NCBI GenBank assembly: GCA_963741205.1
Contig: CAVUHW010000045.1
Location: 1 to 64,000 of the forward strand
Length of the DNA stretch: 64,000 nt
Source: Nitrospirota bacterium
Lineage (GTDB): Bacteria > Nitrospirota > UBA9217
Reading direction: 5' to 3'
The notes beneath the pieces are model-generated. The model searched no databases and was not told where the DNA came from. It saw only the letters and a list, made by a program, of their open reading frames with translations. Positions 53,496-64,000 of this stretch are shown one piece after another. Each line of letters opens with the position of its first letter. Position 1 is the stretch's first letter. A program made the position numbers and the translations under genes.

Positions 53496-54776
53496 ATGAA
53501 AGCGGTTGTTGAAGACATCAGTACGGTTAAGAAGAAACTCAATATCGAGGTTGCGCCCGATGCCGTGACCAGGGAGATGGAAAAGGCCATTGCCGATACG
53601 GCAAAAAAGGCCAAGATTCCGGGGTTCCGTCCGGGCAAGGCCCCGAAAGCCATCGTCGAAAGACATTACGGCGACGAAGTCCGGAATGAAGTTTTGCACC
53701 GGCTGCTGACCGATTCCTATCTTCAGGCGCTGCAGGAAAACAACCTCAATCCCGTCGACGTGCCCCAGATCGACAACGTCTCGCCGCTGGCGAAGGGGTC
53801 GCCGCTGACTTTTACGGCGACCGTGGAAGTGCGGCCGAACATCGAGCTGGGGACCTACGACGGCATCGAAGTGAAGGAAGAAAGCCTGTCGGTCAGCGAC
53901 GAAGAGGTGAACCAGACAATCGACCGGCTGCGGGACATGTACGCGCAGCTCGAGGTGGTCGAGGGCCGGCCGCTCGAGAAAAACGACACCGCAATCATCG
54001 ACTTCGAGGGATTCCGGGAAGGGAAACCCATTGAAGGCGCCAAGTCGGCCGATTACGTGCTTTCACTCGGTTCGGGCAGCCTGATCCCCGGCTTCGAAGA
54101 GCAACTCGTGGGAATGAACCGCGGCGAGAACCGAAAGATCAAGGTCACGTTCCCGTCGGACTACAACAACAAGGAGCTTGCCGGCAAGGAAGCCGCGTTC
54201 ACCGTCACGTTGAAAGAGATCAAGAAAAAGGTGCTCCCCGAGATGAACGACGAGTTCGCCAAGGACATCGGCAACAATGCGACCGTCGCGGAATTGCAGG
54301 AAGGGATCAAAAAGGACATCGAGGCGCGAAAACGCGACGAGCTGGCGTCGGCCCAGCGCGAGGCGGTCCTGGCGAAGCTGGTTGACGCCCATGTCTTCGA
54401 CGTCCCGCCGGGCATGGTGGAGCGCGAACTTCAGTCCATGGCCAAGTCGCAGGCCACCCGCATGGCGCGCCGCGGGCAGGATGTGAACTCCTTCGATTAC
54501 TCCAAATTCCGGGATGAGAACAGGGCGCTGGCGGAAAAACGCGTCAAGGGCATCCTGCTGCTGGATGAGATCGCCGAAAAAGAGAAGATCGAGGTGACCG
54601 ACCAGGAGGTCAATTCCGCGGTTGCGGCCATGGCGCGGAGCGCCGGCCAGACCGTGGAGTCGGTCAAAAAATATTACGAATCGACAGAAGGCGGCCTCGA
54701 CAATCTACGCTCGTCCCTGATGCGGGAAAAGACCCTCAGTCTCTTGCTTTCCCGGGCAAAGAAGAGCTATAATTGA
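53496..54776 (+). CDS. tig: Trigger factor
   Basis: [10 protein letters not shown] signature, FKBP domain LIPGFEEQL; upstream of clpP. Confidence 0.97.
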   Translation: MKAVVEDISTVKKKLNIEVAPDAVTREMEKAIADTAKKAKIPGFRPGKAPKAIVERHYGDEVRNEVLHRLLTDSYLQALQENNLNPVDVPQIDNVSPLAKGSPLTFTATVEVRPNIELGTYDGIEVKEESLSVSDEEVNQTIDRLRDMYAQLEVVEGRPLEKNDTAIIDFEGFREGKPIEGAKSADYVLSLGSGSLIPGFEEQLVGMNRGENRKIKVTFPSDYNNKELAGKEAAFTVTLKEIKKKVLPEMNDEFAKDIGNNATVAELQEGIKKDIEARKRDELASAQREAVLAKLVDAHVFDVPPGMVERELQSMAKSQATRMARRGQDVNSFDYSKFRDENRALAEKRVKGILLLDEIAEKEKIEVTDQEVNSAVAAMARSAGQTVESVKKYYESTEGGLDNLRSSLMREKTLSLLLSRAKKSYN

Positions 54777-54795
54777 ATCAAAGAAAGGACAGAAA

Positions 54796-55410
54796 ATGTC
54801 GCTTATCCCCATCGTTGTTGAACAGACGAGCCGCGGAGAACGTGCATACGATATTTATTCCCGGCTCCTGAAGGACAGGATCATATTTCTCGGCACGGCG
54901 ATCGATGATAACGTGGCGAATACGGTGATCGCGCAGCTCCTCTTTCTTGAAGCCGATGACCCGGACAAGGACATCTACATCTATATCAACTCGCCGGGCG
55001 GCGTCGTGACCTCGGGGCTTGCGATTTACGACACCATGAATTACATCAAATCGCCGGTATCGACGATCTGCATCGGTCAGGCCGCGAGCATGGGCGCGCT
55101 GCTTCTGGCATCGGGCACCAAGGGCAAGCGGTTCTCCCTGCCGCACGCCCGCATCATGATCCACCAGCCCATGGGCGGTTTCCAGGGACAGGCCACGGAC
55201 ATCGAGATCCATGCCAAGGAAATGCTGAAAATGAAGGATACCCTGAACAAGATCCTGTCGAACCACACAGGCCAGCCGATCGAGAAGATCCAGACCGACA
55301 CGGACCGCGACTTTTTCATGTCCGGCGAGGACGCGAAGGCATATGGGCTCGTCGACGAGGTCATCGCGAAGAAAGCAGCTGCGCGTAATGAAGGAGAAGT
55401 AAGAGCATGA
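54796..55410 (+). CDS. clpP: ATP-dependent Clp protease proteolytic subunit
   Basis: [31 protein letters not shown]. Confidence 0.98.
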   Translation: MSLIPIVVEQTSRGERAYDIYSRLLKDRIIFLGTAIDDNVANTVIAQLLFLEADDPDKDIYIYINSPGGVVTSGLAIYDTMNYIKSPVSTICIGQAASMGALLLASGTKGKRFSLPHARIMIHQPMGGFQGQATDIEIHAKEMLKMKDTLNKILSNHTGQPIEKIQTDTDRDFFMSGEDAKAYGLVDEVIAKKAAARNEGEVRA

Positions 55411-56649
55411 CGGAAAAGAAAGAACATACGACGCCCCTTAAATGCTCGTTTTGCGGCAAAGGGCAGGATGAAGTCAAGAAACTGATTGCGGGACCATCTG
55501 TTTTCATCTGTAACGAGTGCGTCGACCTTTGCAACGAAATCATCGCCGAGGAATGGGAAGAGGCCAAGGAGGCCAAGATCCCGCGCCTGCCGAAGCCCGC
55601 GGAGATCAAGCGAACGCTCGATGAATACGTGATCGGCCAGGAACGGGCCAAGAAGATCCTGTCCGTGGCCGTCCACAATCACTACAAGCGCATCGGGATC
55701 CAGCAGGAGATCGGCGACGAGGTGGAGCTTCAGAAGAGCAACATCCTCCTGATCGGACCGACGGGCGTGGGAAAGACGCTTCTTGCGCAGACGCTCGCCC
55801 GGATCCTCGATGTACCGTTCACCATCGCGGACGCCACGACGCTCACGGAGGCGGGCTACGTCGGCGAGGACGTGGAGAACATCATCCTGAAGCTTCTCCA
55901 GAACGCCAATTACGACGTGGAACGCGCCCAGCGCGGAATCGTGTACATCGACGAGATCGACAAGATCAGCCGCAAATCCGAGAGCCCCTCGATCACCCGC
56001 GACGTCTCGGGCGAGGGAGTGCAGCAGGCGCTCCTGAAGCTCATCGAGGGGACCGTCGCGAGCGTACCCCCGCAAGGAGGCCGCAAGCATCCCCACCAGG
56101 AATTCATCCAGGTGGACACGAAGAACATCCTGTTCGTCTGCGGCGGCGCCTTCGTGGGCATCGATGCCATCATCGAGCAGCGCGTGGGCAAGAAAACCAT
56201 GGGGTTCGGCGCCGACATCCAGAGCAAGCACGAGCGGAAGCTCAGCGAGATCCTTGCCAACCTTCAGCCGGGCGACCTGCTCAAGTACGGGCTCATTCCC
56301 GAATTCATCGGCCGCATGCCGGTAGTGGCGACGCTGGAAGAGCTCGATGAAAGCGCGCTCATCGATATCCTGACGAGGCCGAAGAACGCCCTCATCAAGC
56401 AGTACCAGAAACTCCTGGCGCTCGAAGGATGCAAGCTGCGCTTTACCGATGATGCGCTCACGGCGGTTTCCAAGAAAGGCGATCGGCCGGAAGACCGGCG
56501 CGCGCGGACTCCGCGCCATCCTGGAAGACGTGATGTTGAACGTGATGTACGACGTCCCGTCGCAGCCCGGCATCAGGGAGTGCGTCATAAACGAGGAGGT
56601 CATCAGCGAGGGCGCGGAACCGCTGCTCATCTACGAAAAGATCGCGTAA
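55407..56649 (+). CDS. clpX: ATP-dependent Clp protease ATP-binding subunit (frameshift near 3' end)
   Basis: CSFCGK..CNEC zinc finger, [32 protein letters not shown]. Confidence 0.97.
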
Positions 56650-56838
56650 CGGTCTAGTCGACAATTCGAGACGAGAGATTAAGGAAGAGAAATCGGCTAG
56701 TCTCTTTTTTTACCGATGATTTCCATAACTGTCATTGCCGAATGCCTTGTTGGAACAGTGTTTCATGGAAAGAAGAGAACCCGATCTCCGGAGAATCAAC
56801 CGGATGGACTCTTCAATCCGCACAGAGCATCCGAGAAC

Positions 56839-57421
56839 ATGAAAATACTTTCAGCCGAATATGTCATAAGCGCGCCGGGGCCGGAGCAGTTTCCCGTCGG
56901 ACAACAGGCCGCAGATCGCCTTTGCGGGCCGTTCGAATGTGGGTAAATCGTCGATCATCAATGCGCTCCTTCACCGGAAGAGCCTGGTGAAGACGAGCCA
57001 GACTCCCGGCAAGACACAGCTCATCAATTTTTTCATCATTAACGAGTGCCTTTTATTTCGTCGACTTGCCCGGATATGGTTATGCCCGGGCGCCGCACGC
57101 CGTGACCGACGCCTGGGCGCCGATGATCGAGGGATACCTGAAGGACTCCCCGTCTCTGTCCGCCGTGGTCGTGCTCCTGGACATCAGACGAACACCGGAT
57201 GAGCGGGATATCCGGTTGCTGGAATGGCTACGTCAGTTGATATCCCGTCGATCTACGCGCTAACCAAGGCGGACAAGCTGAACCGGCAGGAGACCGAGAA
57301 CGCAAAACGCACAATTCATGCCGGACTGAACATCTCCGGGCCGTTGCTGCTCACTTCCGCAAAGAGCGGGCTGGGGATGAAGGAGCTTTGGGCAGAGATC
57401 GACAAGAGGCTGAGGATGTGA
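56839..57421 (+). CDS. engB: Ribosome biogenesis GTPase YihA/YsxC, frameshifted
   Basis: [39 protein letters not shown]. Confidence 0.92.
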
Positions 57422-57547
57422 GAGGCGGAGAAACGGGGCGTCGGGAAATGGGGAAGGGATCGCGGCAAATGTCTCCGGACAGTCCTCGCCGATTCCACGA
57501 TTCTCCGTCTCTGTTCAACTTCTGCGGTTTAGAAAAGGGGGGATGCC

Positions 57548-59078
57548 ATGGAATTGCTGAAAGACCTCACCGGTTCTTTGCTCTGGGCAACGCTGCTCAG
57601 CATCATCCTCTATGCGGCAAGCAGTATCGCCATCGGTTTTCTTGCCAGAAAATCCATCCTTCTGAAACCGGTCGGTTCCGGGCTGAAACTCATCGCGCTC
57701 TTTGCCGCAGTACAGGTTTTCCTTCGCCTCGGGGCCGCCGAATATCACCCGGTGATTTCGAGGCAGCTCGACTTTTTCTCCTGGCTCGTGTTTACGTTCG
57801 CGGCACTCAAGCTGGGCCTCTACCTGTACGGCGATCTTTTCGTTGTCCGCTGGAAGAGCGGCAGTTTCCCCGCCGCTTTCAAGAACATCATCACGGCCTT
57901 TATCCTCGTCGTGGTCGCCCTCGATTCTGCTGAAGGAAATCCTCGATATCAACGTCACATCGCTCATCGCCACCACGACCGTCCTCACCGCGACGATCGG
58001 CCTGGCGTTTCAGAGCACGCTGGCCAACATGCTGGCAGGACTGACGATCCATCTTGAAAAACCGCTCAAGCAGGGCGACTGGATATCGGTCGCCGGTCAT
58101 GAAGGCCTCGTCATGGACATCACGCTCCGCTCGACGCGGATCATGACCATCGATCACAACGAGGTGTTCATCCCGAACAGCAAGGTCCTCTCCGAGGCCG
58201 TCGTCAATTACAGCCTCCCGGACACGCTCCAGACGAGGACGTTGTCGGTGGGGGTGAATTACAACGTTCCCCCAAACAAGGTCAAGAGGCGTCATCCTTG
58301 ACGTCCTCGCGTCGGTATCGGGAGTAAGCAAGCAACCCGCGCCTGTCGTTCAGGTGGCGAACTACGGCGATTTTTCCATCCAGTATAAGATGCGGTTTAC
58401 GATAAGCGATTTTTCCCGGCATGGCGATATCGACGCCGAGATCATGAATCTCCTGTGGTATCGTCTCAAACGCAGCGGTATAGACATCCCCATGCCGGTA
58501 AGGGACGTCTACCTCCGGCAGATCACGGCGGAGAGCCTTCGGTCCGAGCGGGAACAGCGCACGGACGAAATACTGCTGCTCATGGAAAAAGTCGAAATCC
58601 TCGTCCCCCTGTCCCGAGGAGGAACTCCGCAAACTGGTCCAACAGGTTCGGGCCGAGACCTATTGCCGCACAGGAAATTCCCATAAAACAGGGGGACCCG
58701 GGAGACTCATTCTACATCATCAAGAGCGGCAGAGTGGACGTTGTTGTGGAAAAAACAACGGGAGAGACCGCAGTCGTCGCCACCCTGGGTCCCGGGAATT
58801 TTTTCGGTGAAATGAGCCTGCTTACCGGCGCGGTGCGCACTGCGAGCATCTCGGTAAAAGAGGACGCTGAGTTTATCGTCATCGACAAGGAAAGCTTCGC
58901 TGGGACGCTTGTCAACAACCCTTCCATCGCCGAGTCACTGAGCAACATCCTCGCGGAGCGTCAGGCCGGCCTTGAGGCAGGACGCGAGCGTCTCGATGCG
59001 GCGGCCATCGAGCACCGCAAGAAGGACGCGTCAGGCCACATGCTTTCAAAGATCAGGGACTTTTTCGGGTTGAGTTAG
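57548..59078 (+). CDS. MscS mechanosensitive channel with C-terminal cNMP-binding domain, frameshifted
   Basis: IGLAFQSTLAN..GDWI..IPNS; QGDPGDSFYII..FFGEMSLLTG..RTA. Confidence 0.9.
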
Positions 59079-59107
59079 AAGGGATTCAGTAAGAAAGACT
59101 CTCAATT

Positions 59108-59195
59108 TGTCATTCCTGCGAAAGCAGGAATCCATTTTAATATCTAAAAGCCAATGGATTCCCCGGCAAGTCCGGGGTGCAAGCCCGGAATGACA
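59108..59195. repeat. Palindromic miniature element copy
   Basis: TGTCATTCCTGCGAAAGCAGGAATCCA..TGGATTCCC..CCGGAATGACA. Confidence 0.7.
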
Positions 59196-59635
59196 GAGTA
59201 TGCGTATGAGGTTTTACTAATGATGGTCTTAGTAAAAGGGCGTCAGCGCACCATCCTCATTGGTTCATTTTTTATGCCGAGGGACGGCGGCATTTTCTCT
59301 GGCGGAAATTGAGAAAATCACAACGTCGCGTCTTGACAGCAAGGGCAATCGTTGATAGAATCTTTCATGTTGTTTTTCAGGAGTTTTGCCACGTGAATAT
59401 CTACCCAGAGAAGTTGCTTGATGCTTCGATGATGGTCTCTTCACGATAGGATGCAGCCTGACGCCGAACTGCCGTATCCGGTGAAGCAATGCGTTTCCGT
59501 AAATCATTACTCATAATCCCATGTACCGTTAGCCCGCCGGTGCGCAGGCTGCCGCAAACACCGCAAAGGGCGAATGATTTGCTTGCGAACGTTACCCTTA
59601 ATGAATGGATCACAACGTAGAAAGGAGGGCAATAT

Positions 59636-60951
59636 TTTGAAGAAAATGAACTTGCTTCTTCAAGAACCGGGCGGTATTCTGGTGAAGCGGATTGTGACGG
59701 CTGCGCTGTCGTTTTTTATCTGCTGCACCCTGTTTCCCGCCGTTTCCGGCGCAGTCGACGTGACGGGGTCATCGAACACCTACCTGCAATCCAGGGAGAC
59801 CGCCGATAAGAGCAATTTGCTGCCCCTGTACGAGTACCTCGATTTCTCGGTGCAAAATACCCCCGATGGCGCATTCTCGGCGCATTTCGGAGGGTGGGGC
59901 AGGTACGACCTTCAGGAGGAGTCGTTCGGCAAGAGATCCAACTCCGACCTGCAATACGGTTATCTGAGCTATAAAAGAGCAACCGGCAATTCGGTCGTTA
60001 ACCTCGGCAGGACCATGGTCTTCGAGGGCGTTGCCGCGGAGAGGGTAGACGGCATCTATGCGCGGACCGACCTTCTGGCCAACTTCGGCGTGTCGGCCTT
60101 CGGCGGGGTCCCCGTGGAGACGGAGACGGATCTGCCCGGCAACAACGTCATATACGGCGCGCGATTATCCCACCAAATTCCCGGACTGTACCGGATCGGC
60201 GTCTCCGCTTTGAAAGAGGAGAAAAACAGCGAAGACTTCCGTAAGGAACAGGGAATAGACCTCTGGCTCAGACCCGTGAACAAGGTAGAACTCCTGGGGA
60301 AATCGAACTATAATGCCATTACGAAGGAATGGATGGAACATACCTACGTCCTCGTACTCGGACCGTTTGCGAATGTGAGGCTCAATACGACGGCGTCCAT
60401 GATCGATTATAAGTCCTTTTTCACGGGGGCGACATCAGCGGCGTTCTTTTTCGATCCGGTAGCCATAGACCCCAATGAAAAGGTCACGATCCTGGGGGAA
60501 GAGGTTGCTTACGCAGTGAACGATAAACTGAACGTCTCCGTGGATTATAAGCAATTCGATTATAAGATCGCCGGTAATGCAAAATACTTCGGCGGGAACA
60601 TCCGGTACAGCGTCATGAAGTCCGGAGGCGCGGGGCTTTCTGTCCACGCAGATGGACGGCGATACGGACCGTCTCAAGTATACGGAGTATCGCGTTTACG
60701 GGTTTAAGAAGATCGGCAAGGCCGACATCACTCTTGACGCTCTCGATGTGGCGTACAAGGAGGCCATAAACAGCGTGAAGGACGCCTATTCGGTGACCCT
60801 GGCCGCCATGTATGAGGTGAGGGAGCGGTTGAATGTGGGCGCGGACGTCGAGTACGCGAAGAACCCCGATTTCGACAAGGAAGTCCGTGGCTTCTTTAAA
60901 CTGAACTACCGGTTCGATCTCGGCTACGGTAAGCAGAAGAAGGGGGTGTAG
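59636..60951 (+). CDS. Predicted outer-membrane beta-barrel protein, frameshifted
   Basis: Signal peptide (..VSGA), alternating aromatic beta-strand pattern, C-terminal KLNYRF; directly upstream of cytochromes; start uncertain. Confidence 0.7.
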
Positions 60952-60952
60952 C

Positions 60953-61399
60953 ATGAACAATAAAACAGGAAAAGCGATATTTCTGCTGCTTCTGCCGGTG
61001 CTGGCCGCGGCCCTCTTCGCCTGTGCAAAGACGGCGAGTATGGCGGCTTGGCATCCGGTGGAGGTGACGGCGCCTCCTCAGTGCAGCGACTGCCATAACG
61101 ACGACCGGGCCGCGATGAACCATACGCCTGATTACAGCACCCGTCACAAGTTCTACGCGGCTCAGAACAGCCAAGCCTGCGGCGTCTGCCACAAGGAATC
61201 CTTCTGTTCCGACTGCCACGCCCACAAGGAAGAGTTGAAGCCGAGCGACAAGTACAAAGATTCACCGGAACGGTCGCTGCCACACCGGGGAGACTATCTG
61301 AACCAGCATCAGATCGACGGCAGGATAAACCCGGCTTCGTGCTTTCCCTGTCACGGTCGTCAGAATAATGAGAGGTGCAGAGTATGTCATATAAAATAA
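60953..61399 (+). CDS. Pentaheme cytochrome c lipoprotein
   Basis: LFAC lipobox; CSDCH, CGVCH, CSDCH, CFPCH, CRVCH. Confidence 0.9.
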   Translation: MNNKTGKAIFLLLLPVLAAALFACAKTASMAAWHPVEVTAPPQCSDCHNDDRAAMNHTPDYSTRHKFYAAQNSQACGVCHKESFCSDCHAHKEELKPSDKYKDSPERSLPHRGDYLNQHQIDGRINPASCFPCHGRQNNERCRVCHIK

Positions 61400-62038
61400 A
61401 ATTGACGGTGGTCGCCGCGCTGCTTCTCGCCGGGGCCGCTTTGCTCTGGGCTTGCGGCACCCCGAATTCCCAGGCCCCCTTTGATGCCGATGCGCAAAAA
61501 CATGCGGCAGGATGGGTGCCGCAGGGTCATCGCACCGCAGTGGAAAATAACGGCGCCCATCTCCTGCAAAGAATGCCACGGCGAGGACCTGAGCGGCGGG
61601 ATCGTTAAGGTGTCCTGCACGACCTGTCATCTGGGCGGTCCCTTGTCGATCCATCCCGCAGCGTGGGAGGATGACGCCGATCTCAATCACCGGGATTATG
61701 TATTGAACGGCCCCACGATTCTCACGGCCTGCTCCAACGCGGCGTGCCACGGGGCGGACTTCAAGGGCGTCCCGGGAAGCGGACCTTCCTGCACGAGCTG
61801 CCATGCGGAGACATTCTATGATTGCTCCTCATGTCATGCCTTTCCGCCGAATACCGGAAAACACGTGTTCCACATGCAACAGACCAACTTTGTCTGTACG
61901 AATTGTCACGCGCTGGCATGGCAAACACACGACAACGGGACGGTGAATATCGCCAGCAGCATCACGTACAGCTTCACGGCCAGGTCATGTACTCCGTCTA
62001 ATACTTCTTCTTGTCACGAGACGCGTTTTTGGCCGTAG
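61375..62038 (+). CDS. CxxCH/CxxxxCH multiheme cytochrome c lipoprotein, frameshifted
   Basis: LWAC lipobox; CKECH, CTTCH, CSNAACH, CTSCH, CSSCH, CTNCH, CTPSNTSSCH. Confidence 0.85.
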
Positions 62039-62066
62039 TAAGTTTCATCCGAATATCAACATCAAC

Positions 62067-62103
62067 AAAAGAGCCGTTTCCTTTTTTTGGAAACGGCTCT
62101 TTT
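62067..62103. terminator. Bidirectional intrinsic terminator
   Basis: AAAAGAGCCGTTTCC..GGAAACGGCTCTTTT between convergent genes. Confidence 0.85.
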
Positions 62104-62152
62104 GCATTATCATCGATTGTACCGGACCGGCAGCGGCGCCTCGCATAATTCA

Positions 62153-63057
<905 letters not shown>

Positions 63058-63157
63058 TCAGCCACGATTTCACCGAATCAATGCGAGTTACTGAAAAAGG
63101 ACCCGATAGACTTCGGCTGTCAATCGTGACAATCGTGCAATTCGTTGCAATTACAAG

Positions 63158-64000
63158 TTACAAGATATACCTGCTCAGGTCCTCGCTCTTCAGGACATCG
63201 GCCAGGCGCTCGCGCACGTAAGCAGCGTTGATGTCGATCTTTGCGCCTTTTCTCTCGGGTGCGTCGAAGGATATCTCGTCGAGAAGCCGCTCCAGGATCG
63301 TGTGCAGTCTGCGCGCGCCGATGTTTTCCGTCCGTTCATTCACCTGCGCCGCGATGCCGGCGATTTCCTCGATCGAGTCGGAAGAAAAACTCAGTTCGAT
63401 CTCTTCCGTGGCCAGGAGCGCCACCTGCTGTTTGATGAGCGCGTTCTGCGGCTCGGTCAAGATACGGATGAACTCCCCCTTGCCCAGGGAATCGAGTTCG
63501 ACCCGGATCGGGAAGCGGCCCTGCAGCTCCGGGATCAGGTCCGACGGCTTGGAGACATGAAACGCGCCGGCAGCGATGAACAGGATATGGTCGGTTTTCA
63601 CCGGCCCGTACTTGGTCGTGACCGTCGAGCCTTCGACGATGGGGAGGAGGTCCCGCTGCACGCCCTCGCGCGACACGTCCGGGCCGTGCGTTTCGCGGCC
63701 GGCGATCTTGTCGATCTCGTCGAGGAACACGATGCCCGACTGCTCGACGCGCTTCAAGGCCTCGCGCGTCACCTTGTCCATGTCGATGAGCTTCGAGGCC
63801 TCTTCCTGCGACCAGCAGCCGCAGCGCGTCGGGCACTTTCATCTTGCGCCGCTTTGTTTTTTCCGGAAGCAGTCCTCCGAGCATCTCCTTGAGGTTCATT
63901 TCGATCTCTTCCATGCCGACGTTCGAGACGATGCCGAAGGGCATGACCTTTTCCCTCGTCTCGAGATCAACGGTCCGGTTGTCGAGCTTTCCTTCCCGCA
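63158..64000 (-). CDS. hslU: ATP-dependent protease ATPase subunit HslU (partial, runs off the window)
   Basis: [48 protein letters not shown]. Confidence 0.97.

Overview
Bacterial chromosomal window. The gene order (pgpA-cinA-thpR-recA-pilT-recX-alaS; tig-clpP-clpX-engB; hslU-argB), tRNA-Sec, tRNA-Arg(UCG) and multiheme cytochromes suggest a Nitrospirota or Desulfobacterota-like organism (inference). Single-base indels break many genes, including essential ones such as alaS and engB, so most frameshifts are probably long-read consensus errors, and gene ends in such genes are reconstructed by eye. Bases 1-23386 form an accessory island abutting the 3' end of tRNA-Sec. Its unrelated cargo genes (DUF302, DsrE-like, DUF1847, lipocalin, arylsulfatase, HU, DUF1254/1214, multiheme cytochrome plus multicopper oxidase, a histidine kinase and three small secreted Gly/Pro-rich proteins) are separated by at least 8 co-oriented copies of a degenerate intergenic element with fixed motif spacing. 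An IS110 element with a candidate bridge-RNA region sits inside one copy. At 27.7-30.8 kb a TnpB-only IS200/IS605 element with a rearranged RuvC site carries a class C-like group II intron inserted at the 3' end of its predicted omega-RNA. The remainder is mostly housekeeping, plus an orphan GroES with a Lys/Ala-rich tail, a STAS/HATPase/wHTH module upstream of cinA-recA, 7 further tRNAs and a predicted porin plus two multiheme cytochromes. No CRISPR array or rRNA was seen.
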